A stretch of DNA of 64,000 nucleotides from Octopus vulgaris. Lineage: Eukaryota. Below are positions 42,525 through 55,810 of the stretch, one piece after another (the stretch's first letter is position 1; every line of letters starts with the position of its first letter). The translations under genes were made by a program, and so were the position numbers. The notes beneath the pieces were generated by a model. It saw only the letters and a list, made by a program, of their open reading frames with translations. It did no database searches and was not told the DNA's origin. The DNA lies in contig OX597819.1 in the NCBI GenBank assembly GCA_951406725.2, positions 44,082,001-44,146,000 of the forward strand. Direction: 5' to 3'.

Positions 42525-43480
42525 GGCGTAGACTGAGGAAAGGCGCTTGGTACATCGAGTGCCGTCAAACGCTCACAGCCCTCTACCAGGCGGGCAATGC
42601 GGTCGGTGGTAGTTCCAATCTAGCGTTTTATGGCGAGAAAGTGTGACGACATTCTCGGCGCGTCGATGTGGAGGGAAAGTGCGACGACAAACTCTGGGCG
42701 TCGATGATTAACTAACCGGTCTGTTTCGAGCTTGGGCCATTGGATAACTTCTAGAAATCCCTTGCCTAGCAGTGCTACCGTGGAGCGCTGCCTGTTAGGG
42801 ATAAACTTTACTGGCACGGAAATGTCGTCAGCCTGGACTGCCATTATTGCACCCAGAACAATGAAACCGTTCTGCACACCCTAGTCCAGTGTCCGAGTAT
42901 TGCTGACCGAGTATCGAACACTTGCTGTCGCGTGTGGGGCGGAACCGGCTATCGGCTGAATCCGTTGTGAAGATTACCCCGCTGCCCTCTTTTGGCCGGG
43001 AGCGGCAGGCAATTTTTATTTTTATGGTGGCTGTAGCGAAAGAGGTAGTATGGTGGACCTGTTTGATAGAGTTTAAGGCAGACACTTTCCTCTTTGGTCA
43101 AGCCCTCATCAACTTTTTCAAGTTTCACTTGAAAAGGAAGTCGAGGGTAGAGAGAGACGTGTTACCTTGTAGCAAGTTTGTTGAAAAGTGGATGAATGTT
43201 GGAAGAATGGCCAGTATGAAAGGACGAATTCTGAGCATACACCTGTGAGAAATATAAGGGGAAGGGCTCTTGCTCTGTTGATCAGGCACTCATGGCTTTT
43301 GTGGGTTTTTCCACGAGGAACTTAAAGCTCTTCCCTTATTGCGAATTTTAATTTGTTTAATTGTTATATATATTGTTTACACGCCATAAAACCTATTGTA
43401 TCATCCCGTTTTTGTCTTTTAAGTTATTGCATGTCATTTAATGTTGTTTTATGAGAGCCCTCATGGCTAATGAAAGAATT
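42525..43480 (+). mobile_element. 3' fragment of an L1/Tx1-like LINE
   Basis: CYRGALPVRDKLY, CHYCTQNNETVLHTLVQC zinc knuckle, VAKEVVWW..., stop at 43248, then a 3' UTR ending next to (ATT)n. Confidence 0.75.
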
Positions 43481-43532
43481 GTTATTATTATTATTATTAT
43501 TATTATTGTTGTTGTTATTATATATACATATA

Positions 43533-45165
43533 TCTATATATATAAAAGTGAAGTTGTGTGAGTGTCTGTCTCCTACGATTTAGATTCCTAACTACTCCCA
43601 CATTTTGCGGTGCAGTTTAACCAAATTCGGGTATCTTATAGTCGTGATTCATATCGAGCCCGTCTGGGTATTAGCGTGCGTCTACAATGAGTCTACGATT
43701 TTAAAAATAATTTAACATCATTTTTTTCCATTTTAACGCATATTTTTTAAATAAAGGGAAGTTGTTGCTTCTCCCCCTTCTTCCCTCCCTCGTGAAACTG
43801 TGGGGAAGGGAGTGTAAGGAAACAACGTCGTAAAGCGTTGTCAAGGAGACCAGCGTTCTTTTAGAACAACGACTTCATGGCTTGAAGACACCAAAACAGA
43901 AATGGCTAAGAAAGCCCGAAAGCAAATTCTACAAAATCGGGAAACATGCCACACAGGGAAGGTTTCCCGTGCAAAGAATTTGCACAACCGAATGTTTTAG
44001 TTGTTGCACAACTTTTACTTAAAAAATATTATCCAAACACAAACTTTTGAAGGCAATATTGTATGACGATGGTACTTGTGAAATATGGTAATGGATTTAG
44101 TAGCCAAAAGGAGAGAGCAGAGGCATAGTATGGTGGTGGTGGAGGCGGTGGTAGTGGCAGCAGTGGTGGCGGTGGTGCTTGTAGTGGTGATGGTGGTCGT
44201 GGTCGTGGTGGTCGTCGTGTTTGTGGTGGTGGTGGTGGTGGTGTTGTTGTTGTTGTTGGTGGTGGTGGTGGGGGGTGGTGATGGTGGTGGTGGTGGTGGT
44301 GGTGATGATGGTGGTGGTGGTGGTGGTGGTGGTGGTGGTGGTGGTGGTCTTCGTGATGGTGGTGGTGATGATCATGGGCGTAGTGGTGGTGGTGGTCATG
44401 TAGGTAGTGGTGGTGGTGGTGGTGGTGGTGGTGGTGGTAGTGGCTGAAGCTGTCGCCTGGGTTCTTCCAATTTTTTCGTGTGTCGGTGGCGGCGTTGGCG
44501 TTCATGCTCGCACCTGCACCTGTGTAGCTCCTCCCCTTATTCTCTCCCTCGTGAAGCTGTGGGGAAGGCAGGGTAGGGAAATCAACGTCGTAAAGCGTTG
44601 TCAAGGAGACCAGCGTTCTTTTAGAACAACGACTTCATGGCTTGAAGTCGCCAAAACAGAAATCGCTAAAAAAGCTGAAACAGATCCACAAAAACGGCAA
44701 AAACCGCCACACAGGGCAGGTTTCCTGTGCAAACAATTTGCACAACCGAATGTTTTAGTTGTTGAACAAATCTTTATATATAAAAGTGAAGTTGTGTGTC
44801 TGTCTCCTACGATTTAGATTCCTAACTACTCCCACATTTTGCGGTGCAGTTTAACCAAAACCGGGTATCTTATAGTCGTGATTCATATCGAGTCCTTCTG
44901 GGTATTAGCGCGCGTCTACGATGAGTCTACGATTTAAAAAAAAATTACCATCATTTTTTCCATTTTAATGCATTTTTCGCTATTATATAAGGAAAGTAAC
45001 TCTCTAAAAATGTCTACGATGAGTCAACGATTTAAAAAAAAATTACCATCATTTTTTATTCCATTTTTAATGCATTTTGTTGCTATTTTTTTGCTATAAC
45101 TCACTAAAAATGCTTATATAGTTATTTCCCTTACAAAACCGAGCAACGCCGGGCGATACTGCTAG
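43533..45165 (+). mobile_element. Composite non-autonomous Helitron (two 5' ends, one 3' end)
   Basis: A|TCTATATATATAAAAGTGAAG at 43533 and A|TCTTTATATATAAAAGTGAAG at 44771; subterminal hairpin ccgagcaacgccggg and CTAG|T at 45162-45166; internal duplication of about 230 bp (43785-44015 / 44545-44770) around (GGT)n. Confidence 0.85.
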
Positions 45166-45530
45166 TATATATATACATACACATACATATACATCTATGT
45201 GTATAATTATAATGTATATATATATAAATATATGTGTATATATATATACACACATTTATATGTGCATATATATATATATATTTATATATATATCGTAGAA
45301 ACAATGGATACGGAAGATGGAGTATATTGGAATCTTTATCAAAACGATCGTTTCAACACATCCTGCATCGCTCCGTCGCGGGTGTGAAACAATGCAATGA
45401 ATTACATATGTATGTATGTATGTATGTATGTATAATGGAAAGTTGTGAAAGTTTTGAAGAGGGCTACTATGAACTCAAAGTCTACAACACTGTCATCAGA
45501 ACGTCAATGAAAAAATAGAACGCTGGAAGT

Positions 45531-45880
45531 ATGAAATATGTGGCTGTGTACATATTTCTGAAGTCCCATGTAAGGTCAACTGTAAAATATGTCCTTCCTC
45601 TTCGACCTGGTGCTTCGACGTATGTAGGGAGTAGAAGGACTCGCAAGTCGATTTCGGAACTGAAAAGACATATGGAGGTTCATCGGGATCAAATCTCACA
45701 GAGTGATCTGATCGATCCAATGGAATGGAAGTTACAACTTTCGTGAGTCTCCTATGTTTCAAAACATGCAGATCTGCAGCAGAACTGAATTGTTATCTAA
45801 GAGGTCTCAGACAATATTAGTTATTCTATTAACAACAAGAAACCTCCGAGAGCGGTGAAGATGAAGCAATCACCCACCTA
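45531..45880 (+). mobile_element. Possible Penelope GIY-YIG endonuclease remnant
   Basis: ORF 45531-45746 has VKYVL...YVGS...LKRHMEVHRDQI, loosely like the GIY-YIG pattern IY.I...YIGQT...R...HR.QI. Weak. Confidence 0.3.
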
Positions 45881-45985
45881 TATGTATATACAGGTATATT
45901 TGCTATAGGCAAACGAAGTAATATTAGAGTAAAATAGTCATCCATGTACAGCATGTTGGCTGTGAGCACACGTTATTAATGATGT

Positions 45986-46369
45986 GTGGAAGCGCAATGG
46001 CACAGTGGTTAGGGCAGCGGACTCGCGGTCGTAGGATCGCGGTTTCGATTCCCAGACCGGGTGTTGTGAATGTTTATTGAGCGAAAACACCTAAAGCTCC
46101 ACGAGGCTCCGGCAGGGGATGGTGGTGATCCCTGCTGTACTCTTTCACCACAACTTTCTCTCACTCTTACTTCCTGTTTCTGTTGTACCTGTATTTCAAA
46201 GGGCCGGCCTTGTCACTCTCTGTGTCACGCTGAATATCCCCGAGAACTACGTTAAGGGTACACGTGTCTGTGGAGTGCTCAGCCACTTACACGTTAATTT
46301 CACGAGCAGGCTGTTCCGTTGATCGGATCAACCGAAACCCTCGTCATCGGAACCGACGGAGTGCTTCCC
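45986..46369 (+). mobile_element. SINE family D (tRNA-derived), flanked by a 100-bp direct duplication
   Basis: A box TGGCACAGTGG, B box GTTTCGATTCC, 3' stem-loop cgtcatcggaaccgacg. Flanks 45886-45985 and 46370-46469 differ at 2 positions. Confidence 0.88.
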
Positions 46370-47313
46370 ATATACAGGTATATTCGCTATAGGCAAACGA
46401 AGTAATATTAGAGTAAAATAGTCATTCATGTACAGCATGTTGGCTGTGAGCACACGTTATTAATGATGTCCATCGAAGCAGAAATGGATGTAGCCTTCTC
46501 ATTCACCTCAGCGGGAGGGGGGGGGCTGTTCCGTCGACCTCCGATATATACATATTTTCTTCGCGATCAAAAGAGATACCTCTGGTCCAATAAAAAATTG
46601 CCTACCACTACATATTTACATTTAGTATGATACATAAATGGCTATATTTTAATACATATTTTCCAAGCCTTGAGTAGTGTAAAGTATCAGCTGTGTACGG
46701 TGTAAATAATATGTAACGGAAGATGAGCGATATAAATGGCCAACAAAATAAAAAATTAAACTGTACTGTGTAAATATGACTTACAATGTATATTTATACA
46801 AACATGCACTCTAGACATTTTATTTCAACTACGTGCATTCGCTCAGTAGGTGAGAAGGAGTTAGAAAGATAAAAGAAATGGGAGAAAAAATTTCCTGCTC
46901 TCATATAATATAAATATAATTTGAAATTTGGGTTAGGTTACCGTTCTATACCGGAAGAGGAAGTTGCACCCATAGGCTCTTTGAACGGAAAATGTGTTCA
47001 CAGATTTCACCTCCGAGAAATTTGCTCGACAAATGGCTAAATGACGGATTTACTGTGTGTTTGTGTGTATGTGGTTTTTTGAAGGCAAAAGAGAGAGAGA
47101 GAGAGAGAGAGAGGGGAGGAGGGGGGAGAGAGCAGCAGCAATGAGATTCTGGAAATATTTGCAGACTTGTAATCGTTGTTGCTTTTCAAGCTTTAAATAA
47201 GGTATTTTCTGCTGAAATATCAGCAAAAGGTTACGTAAACAATTATTATTAGTGATTACAAATTGTAACAACTATAGCTTCCCTTCCTTATTTACAGATA
47301 TATAAATAAATAA

Positions 47314-47349
<36 letters not shown>

Positions 47350-47496
47350 CTTTGTTTGTGTGGGTGTAGATATGTATAGTTATACATGCATATATATATA
47401 CACACATACACACGTATAATATGCATATATGTGTATATGTATACACGCACTGACACACATTGTATTTATGTATACACACACTGACACCACATATAT

Positions 47497-47543
<47 letters not shown>

Positions 47544-48439
47544 GGAGAGCTAGAGAGAGGGAGTGAGTTATACGCCATGACCTTAAGAGAGCTCCAGGAG
47601 TGATGGGTCTCACGTTATCTTGGATATACTCATATATCGAATTTCAAACATTTTGAAAAGAAATGAGAGATGAGGTTATATTAACATGCATTTGGTGCAA
47701 AATCTGTCATGTTAACGGCCACCATCAATGATAGATCGACAGCCGAACAAGCTTTATTACTGACTGTTGTGTTATGAGACTATGAGGAATATTAATATTA
47801 TGCTGTAGATCAAAGAGCAATGGAAGTGACATGGTTAAAACTGGGAATCGATAACCAATAGCAAGTTGCGAAATCCACTTACCCTAATTTTACCTCTGCT
47901 GTTATACATTTAGATGAATAGCGAACGAGATCGTGTGATATTCAAGCTTTTCTCAACTGCAATAACCATGTGAGTTGATTCTCCTTCAGCCGATAGTTGA
48001 AAATACTCATTGGGTTTGTCTCAATAGGAGTTTAAGTCCCTACCTTTGATGTCAATTGGATTTCATCAGTGTGTGAAGGTAGACGCTTTTAAGTTTACGT
48101 GTGCGTGAATGAGAGAAAGAAAGAAGAAAAGAAGGAAAGAGGGGGTAGAGAAAAGGAGATAGAGAGAAAGAAAGAAAGAGATAAATACAATATATTGTTG
48201 TTGTAACGAATTCTGGTCAGTGATTAAGTAACAACCAATAAATATTTCTTTAGAATTAGTAGTATATCACCTTTTCGTTTGTAAGGGCGTATCGTTTGAT
48301 TTCATGCCAGTGTCTTATGAGAACTTATTTCTAACAACGTTTCATGGTAGAAAAAGCAAACACGACTCAACTGCTATCTGAATATAGAATATAAGAATAT
48401 CGCATATAGAAATATTCTGAATATGTAGAATACAGAATA

Positions 48440-49180
48440 GTCGCAGGCGTGATTGTGTGGTAAGAAGTTTGCTTCCCAGCCAAATGGTTCCGGGTTTAGT
48501 TCCACTCCGAAGTACCTTGGGCAAGTGTTTTCTATTATAGCCTAGAGCCGACCAAAGGTTTATGAGTGGATTTGGTAGACGGAAACTGAAAGAAGTCCGT
48601 CGTATACATATCTCTTTTACTCTTTTACTCGTTTCAGTCATGTAACTGTGGCCATGCTGGAGCACCGCCTTTAGTCGATCAAATCGACCCCGGGACTTAT
48701 TCTTTGTAAGCCTAGTACTTATTTTATCTTTCTCTTTTTTGCCGAACCGCTAAGTTACGGGGACGTAAACACACCAGCATCGGTTGTCAAGCGATGTTGG
48801 GGGGACAAACAGACACACAAACACGCACATACATATATATATAGATATATACGACGGGCTTCTTTCAGTTTCCGTCTACCAAATCCACTGACAAGGCTTT
48901 GGTCGACCCGAGGCTATAGTAGAAGACACTTACCCAAGGTGCCACGAAGTGGGACTGAACCCGGAACCATGTGGTTCGTAAGCAAGCTACTTACCACACA
49001 GCCACTCCTACGCCTATATATATACATATGTGTTTGTGCGCGCGTGTGTATGCTTGTATGAATGAGTACTTGGTTTTTAAAGAAAATAAATCCTTGGGTC
49101 GGGTTGTTCGATTAAAAACCCTTCAAGGCGGTGCCCCAGCATGGCCGCAGTGAAATGATTGAAACTCGTAAAAGATAAAA
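48440..49180. mobile_element. SINE A (+) interrupted by an inverted full-length SINE A (-, 48612-49014)
   Basis: Plus-strand head 48440-48606, complete minus copy, plus-strand tail 49065-49180. Confidence 0.85.
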
Positions 49181-50377
49181 GCTAAATGGTGAAAGTTGCT
49201 GGAACTTGTAGTGGTGTTGATGCTGCGGTAATCTATCGAGTGAGCTTCATTCTATTTTCCGAATTATTATACCACAGAAATAATGGCAGACTTGTAAAAA
49301 CAAGAGTTAATAAGATCTCATCTTATTGAGAGTGCATAGTATTTGCTGTGCCATACCAATACATCTTTAAATCCAATGTCAACAAAATGAAATTTTAGCT
49401 ATTCCGGCTTCAACTAATTTACGGAAGATAGGATCGGGTAAACTGCTTTAAAATAAAAATAAAATTTAAACAGAAAAATCAAGGCATGTTCATTGTGAAA
49501 TGGCTTCCACCCATCCTCATCTCTGTTTTGTTTTTCATTTCAAATTTGAACCACTTTTCTCTCGAGTATCAATACGACTTGAATAGTATCATTGTTTTCT
49601 CGGCTATTTCTGCAAAAACTGAAAATATAAAAAAAAAGTAACTCCAATTACAAACAAAGAATAAAAAACCAACAACTGTTGCAACAACAACGAATATTCG
49701 CCTTTCATTAGTTTAAAACCGTAATGGCTGCTCTAAAAGCGCACTGACAATATGGCGGCTCAATAATAACACGCTCGGGGTTTCCAACATATCTCAATGC
49801 CCGAAAGTTATTATCGATCTTCCAAATTGATCGTCTGAATTGATCACTGTATAGCTTAATTTTGGCCAACACACGCACAGAAAAAAAATACATAAAAAAT
49901 ACAATTAAAAACAAAGCAAAAGCAAACAAACAATAAAACTAAAAGTATTGAAAAACAAAACAAAGAGAAATTCATTTGAAAAGAGGTTTTGATGGATGTG
50001 ATGCAAATATTATTTTGTCTGTAATTCATGTAAAAAATTTGAGGTAATTTTTATTCAATGTGGAAGCGACTATTATTGATTTCTTTTTTCGCTTAGTGAC
50101 ATTAAGCGCCATTTTGTATTGTTACTGTCGTTCTTCTTCTTGTTGCTGTTGTTGTTATTGTTGTTGTTTTATTCATGTAATTGTATGTATAGTCTTTACC
50201 GTGGTCAATGGTGAAGTTCTTGCTGTATTGCATGTAGCGAAATAAGGAGGAATTTGCCTCGTATATATACACATATCTTATACGCGTTAGTACACACGTG
50301 CTCGTGTGTATATATTCACGTATACTATGGCGTATAACAATATATGCATTCTATGATGTATAAGAATATCATGTGTA

Positions 50378-50418
<41 letters not shown>

Positions 50419-50613
50419 GCATCTAAGTGTATATTTGTATGCCTATATACACGCACTACACACACGCAGGAATAAAACTACAGATTTTCCAAAATGGTTG
50501 CTATATGTTTTTTGTTGAATGCACACTGAGTTAATGACATAATGACATATAAGTGTATATGAGTCAAAATTCCCCCTAAATACATACAAGCATAGATGCA
50601 TACATCTACACTA

Positions 50614-50650
<37 letters not shown>

Positions 50651-50651
50651 A

Positions 50652-50682
<31 letters not shown>

Positions 50683-50750
50683 AGTATGTATGTATGTATG
50701 TATGTATGTATGTATGTATGTATGTTATGTATGTATGTATAGAGACACAG

Positions 50751-50827
<77 letters not shown>

Positions 50828-51679
50828 TAGATTAGAGTAGATAAAAAGATGAGATATATTGATAGATATGAATGTAGACACATAGATATATACATACATA
50901 CATACCAAAATATGTATACACACACATACACATAGAAATAGACAGATAAATAGATTTATACATACATAGATGGATAGATGGATAGATGAACAGATAGATG
51001 TATGTGCTTTTATTGATAAAAATATGGAGTAGATCTGTTGCAGTTTGTTTTAAGTGAACGCTTAAGTGCCCAATGTACTATTCTTGTGTATGTACAACGT
51101 GGTAGATGGATGTGTATGTAATTATGGGATTAAACTATATCATGGTTTCTTCCAGTCAAGTAGGTCGGTATCATTGATCTTCATGCAGATGTTTAAAGAA
51201 ATGGTGAACCACGTGACTGGTCACTTGCCACCATTTGTTTTTATCGCACTCAGATACCCGTTTCACAATCTTCTAAAACTCTCTGTTGTCCACTTAGTAC
51301 ATAGTTAATTACAGAGCAACCTTCATATACTTGCACGCATACAGACACATAAAATGTGCGCGCGCGCATACACACAAACATACACACATACACACACACT
51401 CACACACATGTGTTTATGATTTATTTATGAGAGATGGGTGGAACTCGTAGGTGGAAAGTTGCATGACAGGTTTGCGTGCTGGACATGTTCGATTTGCTGA
51501 TGTTCAGAGTAACAACGTGGCTTGCGCTGAACTTCTGTAAAGCGATAGCTCACTGATGAAATAACAGAAGAAGTATGTTCACTGATTTAAAAAATAGGTA
51601 TTCAGTGTATCTAGCTCTGCAGAAAACGTATTGGTGTCCACTGAAAAGATGGAAAAATAGAAAGAGAGAGGGTGGGGTG

Positions 51680-52390
51680 TTGAAAGAGATTCAAGATAAT
51701 GAAAAATACCATTGTTGATGCCTGTTTCCATTACCTTAGAAATGTTAGAAATCCGGGCAATGGGGCAATAGTTGCTTGGGTCAGCGGGATTACCTTTCTT
51801 TGGAATTGAACACACTGAAACGTTTCTGGATGCTAGGATGTAGATGTTTCTGCGTGCTAGGATATTCTCAGTTGAGAATGAAAGATTAAAGAGCTTGGTG
51901 AGCATAAGAGTAAGTTCGGGGTGCATTGATTTTATGCAATTGGTGCTTTGATTAAATGCAATTGTCAGGGCCGTTAACCTTGTTTGTTCGAAGCAACCGG
52001 TGATACTTCAGTATTTGGTGTATGTGTATGTGGGCTGGGGAATCTTGTGAAATAAAAGGGGGTAGATTTGAAAGGGATTGATCAAGGATGTGCTGTGTGG
52101 TGTTGAATGCAAAGCGGGCAATGAAGTGGAGACTGTCTTTTTGGGTAGCGGGGACTACTTATGGAGACATCTTCAAGTGGCGAACATTTTGGCAAAAGAC
52201 CAGAAGCATGGGCTGTAGTTTGGGAGTGAGAGAAAGGTTGGAGGTAGTGTGATGCATGAGGACATTATATATATATACCTATACCCTGAATAATTTTTTT
52301 AAGAATTTCCACATTTGGGTGAAAGCAACCCAATTTGGGGGTACGTATGAGATTCTCCAGACGTTGAAGGCCTTGCGTTTTGTCTGAATA
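51680..52390 (-). mobile_element. Decayed CR1/Jockey-group LINE RT fragment
   Basis: ELTLMLTKLFNLSF...IPKKGNPADPSNYCPIARISNISKVME (ORF 51579-51926), the usual NYRPISL region at the start of RT. Confidence 0.75.
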
Positions 52391-52399
52391 GTTATCGGA

Positions 52400-52674
52400 C
52401 AGTGGTTTTCAATCGGGTTGTTTATGACTCTTGGGGGTCCGAATAAAATGTTTGTTGTTAAAATTCATCTACAATAAATTGTTTATACTTCTACAATACA
52501 CAAAATATTTTTTTAAATGTTTATACAATTCCAAATAATTTTGAATATATAATAGGGTGAAGATACAATGGTTATGAGGGTCCATCTGAGTAAAACATGA
52601 ATTAAAAGTGCTCGTCTGAGTAAAACAGAAATCAAAGGGGTCCATAAATAAATAAAGATAGTAAAGAATCACTG
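52400..52674. mobile_element. hAT-like MITE, degenerate
   Basis: Ends CAGTGGTTTTCAA...AAGAATCACTG with repeated GGGGTCC; a related stub lies at about 31720-31800. No clear TSD. Confidence 0.5.
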
Positions 52675-53516
52675 CTGTAAGGCAACGACGATTAAGCGAC
52701 TTGGAGACCTTGAGACACATGGATTTTGTTATTTGGGGAATGTGAAGGAAAATACCTGTATAATTTGTGTTTGAGGGTTGTTAATGTTTTTGTGGCTTGA
52801 TTTCAGCAATATCCTATCTTATCTGAGCGCAAAAACAGAATAATCAAAACAATGAGTGCTTGAAGCGGCATGTGATTGTTATACAGTGAATTTCTTTCAC
52901 CCTGCGCATACTCAACTTGACTATCACTGCGTGGGCGGCCGGGTGTCAGCCATTGTCCCTCAGTTATTGAGTACCCTTCAGCGTGTCGACATCCTAACCG
53001 TTGAAGAACGTATATTCTTTTGTAGTCTTATACCATCTTATAGATATTTATTTTGCAATAAAATACTTACTGCGGAGAGACTTCTAGAACACCCTGTACA
53101 TTTATATCAGAAACATGTTTTGATTATTGGTCAATATTACCCGCACGTTATAGCAGTTTTACTTGCTAAATATATTTTTTAGCTTTTGCTTATTTTGTAT
53201 GTCCATGAGGCCTACCTCCAGTCTCGATCTCAACGAAGAGGACCATATTTGGGAGTCAGTTAGTTACCTGGTATCCAGGTTGCACGGCCAACCCAGCGGA
53301 GGAGACAACAAAGGATGCAGGCTTAAACACTATAGGTCCCAGCCTTCAGGGGGATTTCGAAACGAGTCTGCTTGTCCTTCCACGTGAGATCGAGGATCAT
53401 TTAAAGCCAACTGGTATGACACTATTCACTGAGTTCGTCATGTCTTGAAGAGAATCGGGGATACGAGACGGTGCGACTGAATGCTGAATTTCGTATACCG
53501 TTGTGGAGAAGGTTTA

Positions 53517-53613
<97 letters not shown>

Positions 53614-53659
53614 ATCTCTATGTATATATGCATACATATATGCATACATACATACATTA

Positions 53660-54210
53660 TGTTATGGCTGTCCCCCTCGTTATCGAGTATGGCCATTGCA
53701 CGAAGCTTAACTGTTACTGGTGCTGTGATCGAATGTGACTTTTTAGCCCAGCTAAAGATCTACAATGTCTTGTACAAACTTGGCAACTAAAACCTTTACT
53801 GGCAATAGTCGGATGTAGTTTGTAACTGGGCTTCATGTACCTTTGCATGTCGTTTAAGTCCTCCTGCCGAATTACACTCTCTTCCACATGCCCGACAGAT
53901 ATGATTAATATGGCGTGTTACACCACCAGGAGTGGCCAGGTTGTCACTCATCTGTCTCGTTTTATGACTACGAAGATGACTCATGAGTCCAGCTTTACTG
54001 AGGCAGGGTCTTGCACAGATATTGCATGTCAGAATCTAAGGAAGACCCTTCCCTTCTGGAAGTGTAACAGCGATGCCCTTCCTGACATCCCTCCTTACTT
54101 TTTCATGTGCAGCTCGAAATTTCTCAAACGTGGCTGTCCCCTCATGCACGATCCTTCTCCACCTGCTGCGATCAATAGCTATGCCTTCCCATGTGTCAGG
54201 AGAGACGCAA
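53660..54210 (-). mobile_element. RTE-clade LINE 3' end with C-terminal zinc finger
   Basis: DTWEGIAIDRSRWRRIVHEG..., CRACGRECNSAGGLKRHAKVH, then a short 3' UTR with a terminal stem-loop. Confidence 0.8.
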
Positions 54211-54290
54211 GCATACATACATACATACATACATACATACATACATACATACATACATACATACATACATACATACATACATACATACAT

Positions 54291-54350
54291 GATAAAACTC
54301 CGAGTTTCGGATATCGGGACGGAAACCACGCCGGCATCTCTTCAGTTATC
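54291..54350 (-). ncRNA. Type-I hammerhead ribozyme motif
   Basis: Minus strand GAUAA-CUGAAGA-GAUGCCGG...CCGAUAUCC-GAAA-CU-CGG-AG-UU-UUAUC: 5-bp stem I, intact core, stem II with a bulge, short stem III and a GUU cleavage triplet. Confidence 0.6.
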
Positions 54351-55196
54351 GGGCCATCGAAAGTCTTGCCATTTCTATCAATATATCTATAAGAGTCAGA
54401 TGGATGTGTTGGCATCAAGGTCAAAGATTTACTTACGGGGACTACGATTATATATCACCTGAGGAGATACAACTGGATCCCATTATGCAGGTAAACCTCT
54501 GCTTAATTTCAATCCCGTGTGTGTGGATCTACGTGTAGTGTTAATCAAATATCTGACTAAACGTACTACTTTCTGTTGACTCTATTTATTCAATTTTAAT
54601 TTTCACACAGGATGAATACCTAAGCCTAGACTTCGAATATTACCGGCTATATTGTAATTCTAAGGGTGAAAAAGCTCTATTTTGTACTCTAATACGTTCC
54701 TAACGGAAATCACTGTAATTACACACACACACACACACACAAACACACAAACACAAACACACACTCGCACATATATATATACACAAACATACACATACGT
54801 ATAAATACATATGAGACAAAAGAAAGGCCACGTACAGTCATAAGGGTTACCCTGCAGATGCAAACATCTCTTCCAAAATCCGCAAGAGAGAGACCATTTG
54901 TGGACGACTACTTCGAAACCTTCAGCTCCAGTCTCCTGATTATAATTTCACATTCATACCAATAATCATTGCCGGGCTTTGTTATGTGACTAAATGTCTA
55001 AGCAAAACTCTCGAAAAACCAAGGTTATCAAGCAAAGACACTAAGTAACACGAACTGTAAGTGGGACAGTAAGAATTTGCAGAACTTCCTTAAATGTAAA
55101 AATGGTCGTTCTTGTTATCTAAGTTTTCGTGTTGAAGCTTTTGAAAGAATAATAATAGATAGAAAAGAAACGTGAAGAGTATACATATATGCACAC

Positions 55197-55680
55197 GTCA
55201 GAAAGGAGAAAGCTGATTCAAAGTCTACAGATCCAATCCATTACTGGAACTGTAAAAAGCTGTAAACCTTTCCAGAAGTTTATCATTTAAGTACATATGA
55301 GCATGTATATACATGAGAAGACATATATAAAACAAAACATACAAATCTGCACGTATACATACATACGTACATACATACATGCATACATAAAAACCAGAAA
55401 GAAGAAAGCTAATTCGAAGACTACAGTTCGAATTTATAACTGGAATTGTAAAAATCTGTAAAACTTTCCGGAAATAAATATATATGAGCATGACTAGATA
55501 TGAAACTATATGCATGAGAATACATACATAAAGCAAAACATACAAATCTGCGCATACATACAAACAAGAATAACCTGTTGTTGATGTTGAAATTCCAATG
55601 AAGTTGCCTTGAATCTAGGTTAGAAACCAGCTCTTTCTCCATTGGCAAGGAATATTGAAATAAAACTGAACAATGATATG
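55197..55680 (+). mobile_element. Two tandem 3' ends of the (TACA)n-associated RLE-type LINE
   Basis: cagaaaggagaaagctgattc...ctggaactgtaaaa...ttccagaagtttatcatttaa plus the 3' UTR occurs at 55197-55380 and again at 55390-55680, each followed by (CATA)n. Confidence 0.8.
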
Positions 55681-55810
55681 CTTGCATATATACATACATG
55701 CAAACATACATACATACATACATACATACATACATACATACATACATACATACATACATACATACATACATACATACGTATATACCTGTTTATATAAGTA
55801 CATATTCCTT

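Noticed and set aside
45340-45390. GAAAC-GATC-GTT palindromic hammerhead half on the minus strand
   Set aside because: No CUGANGA upstream before the adjacent microsatellite; incomplete.
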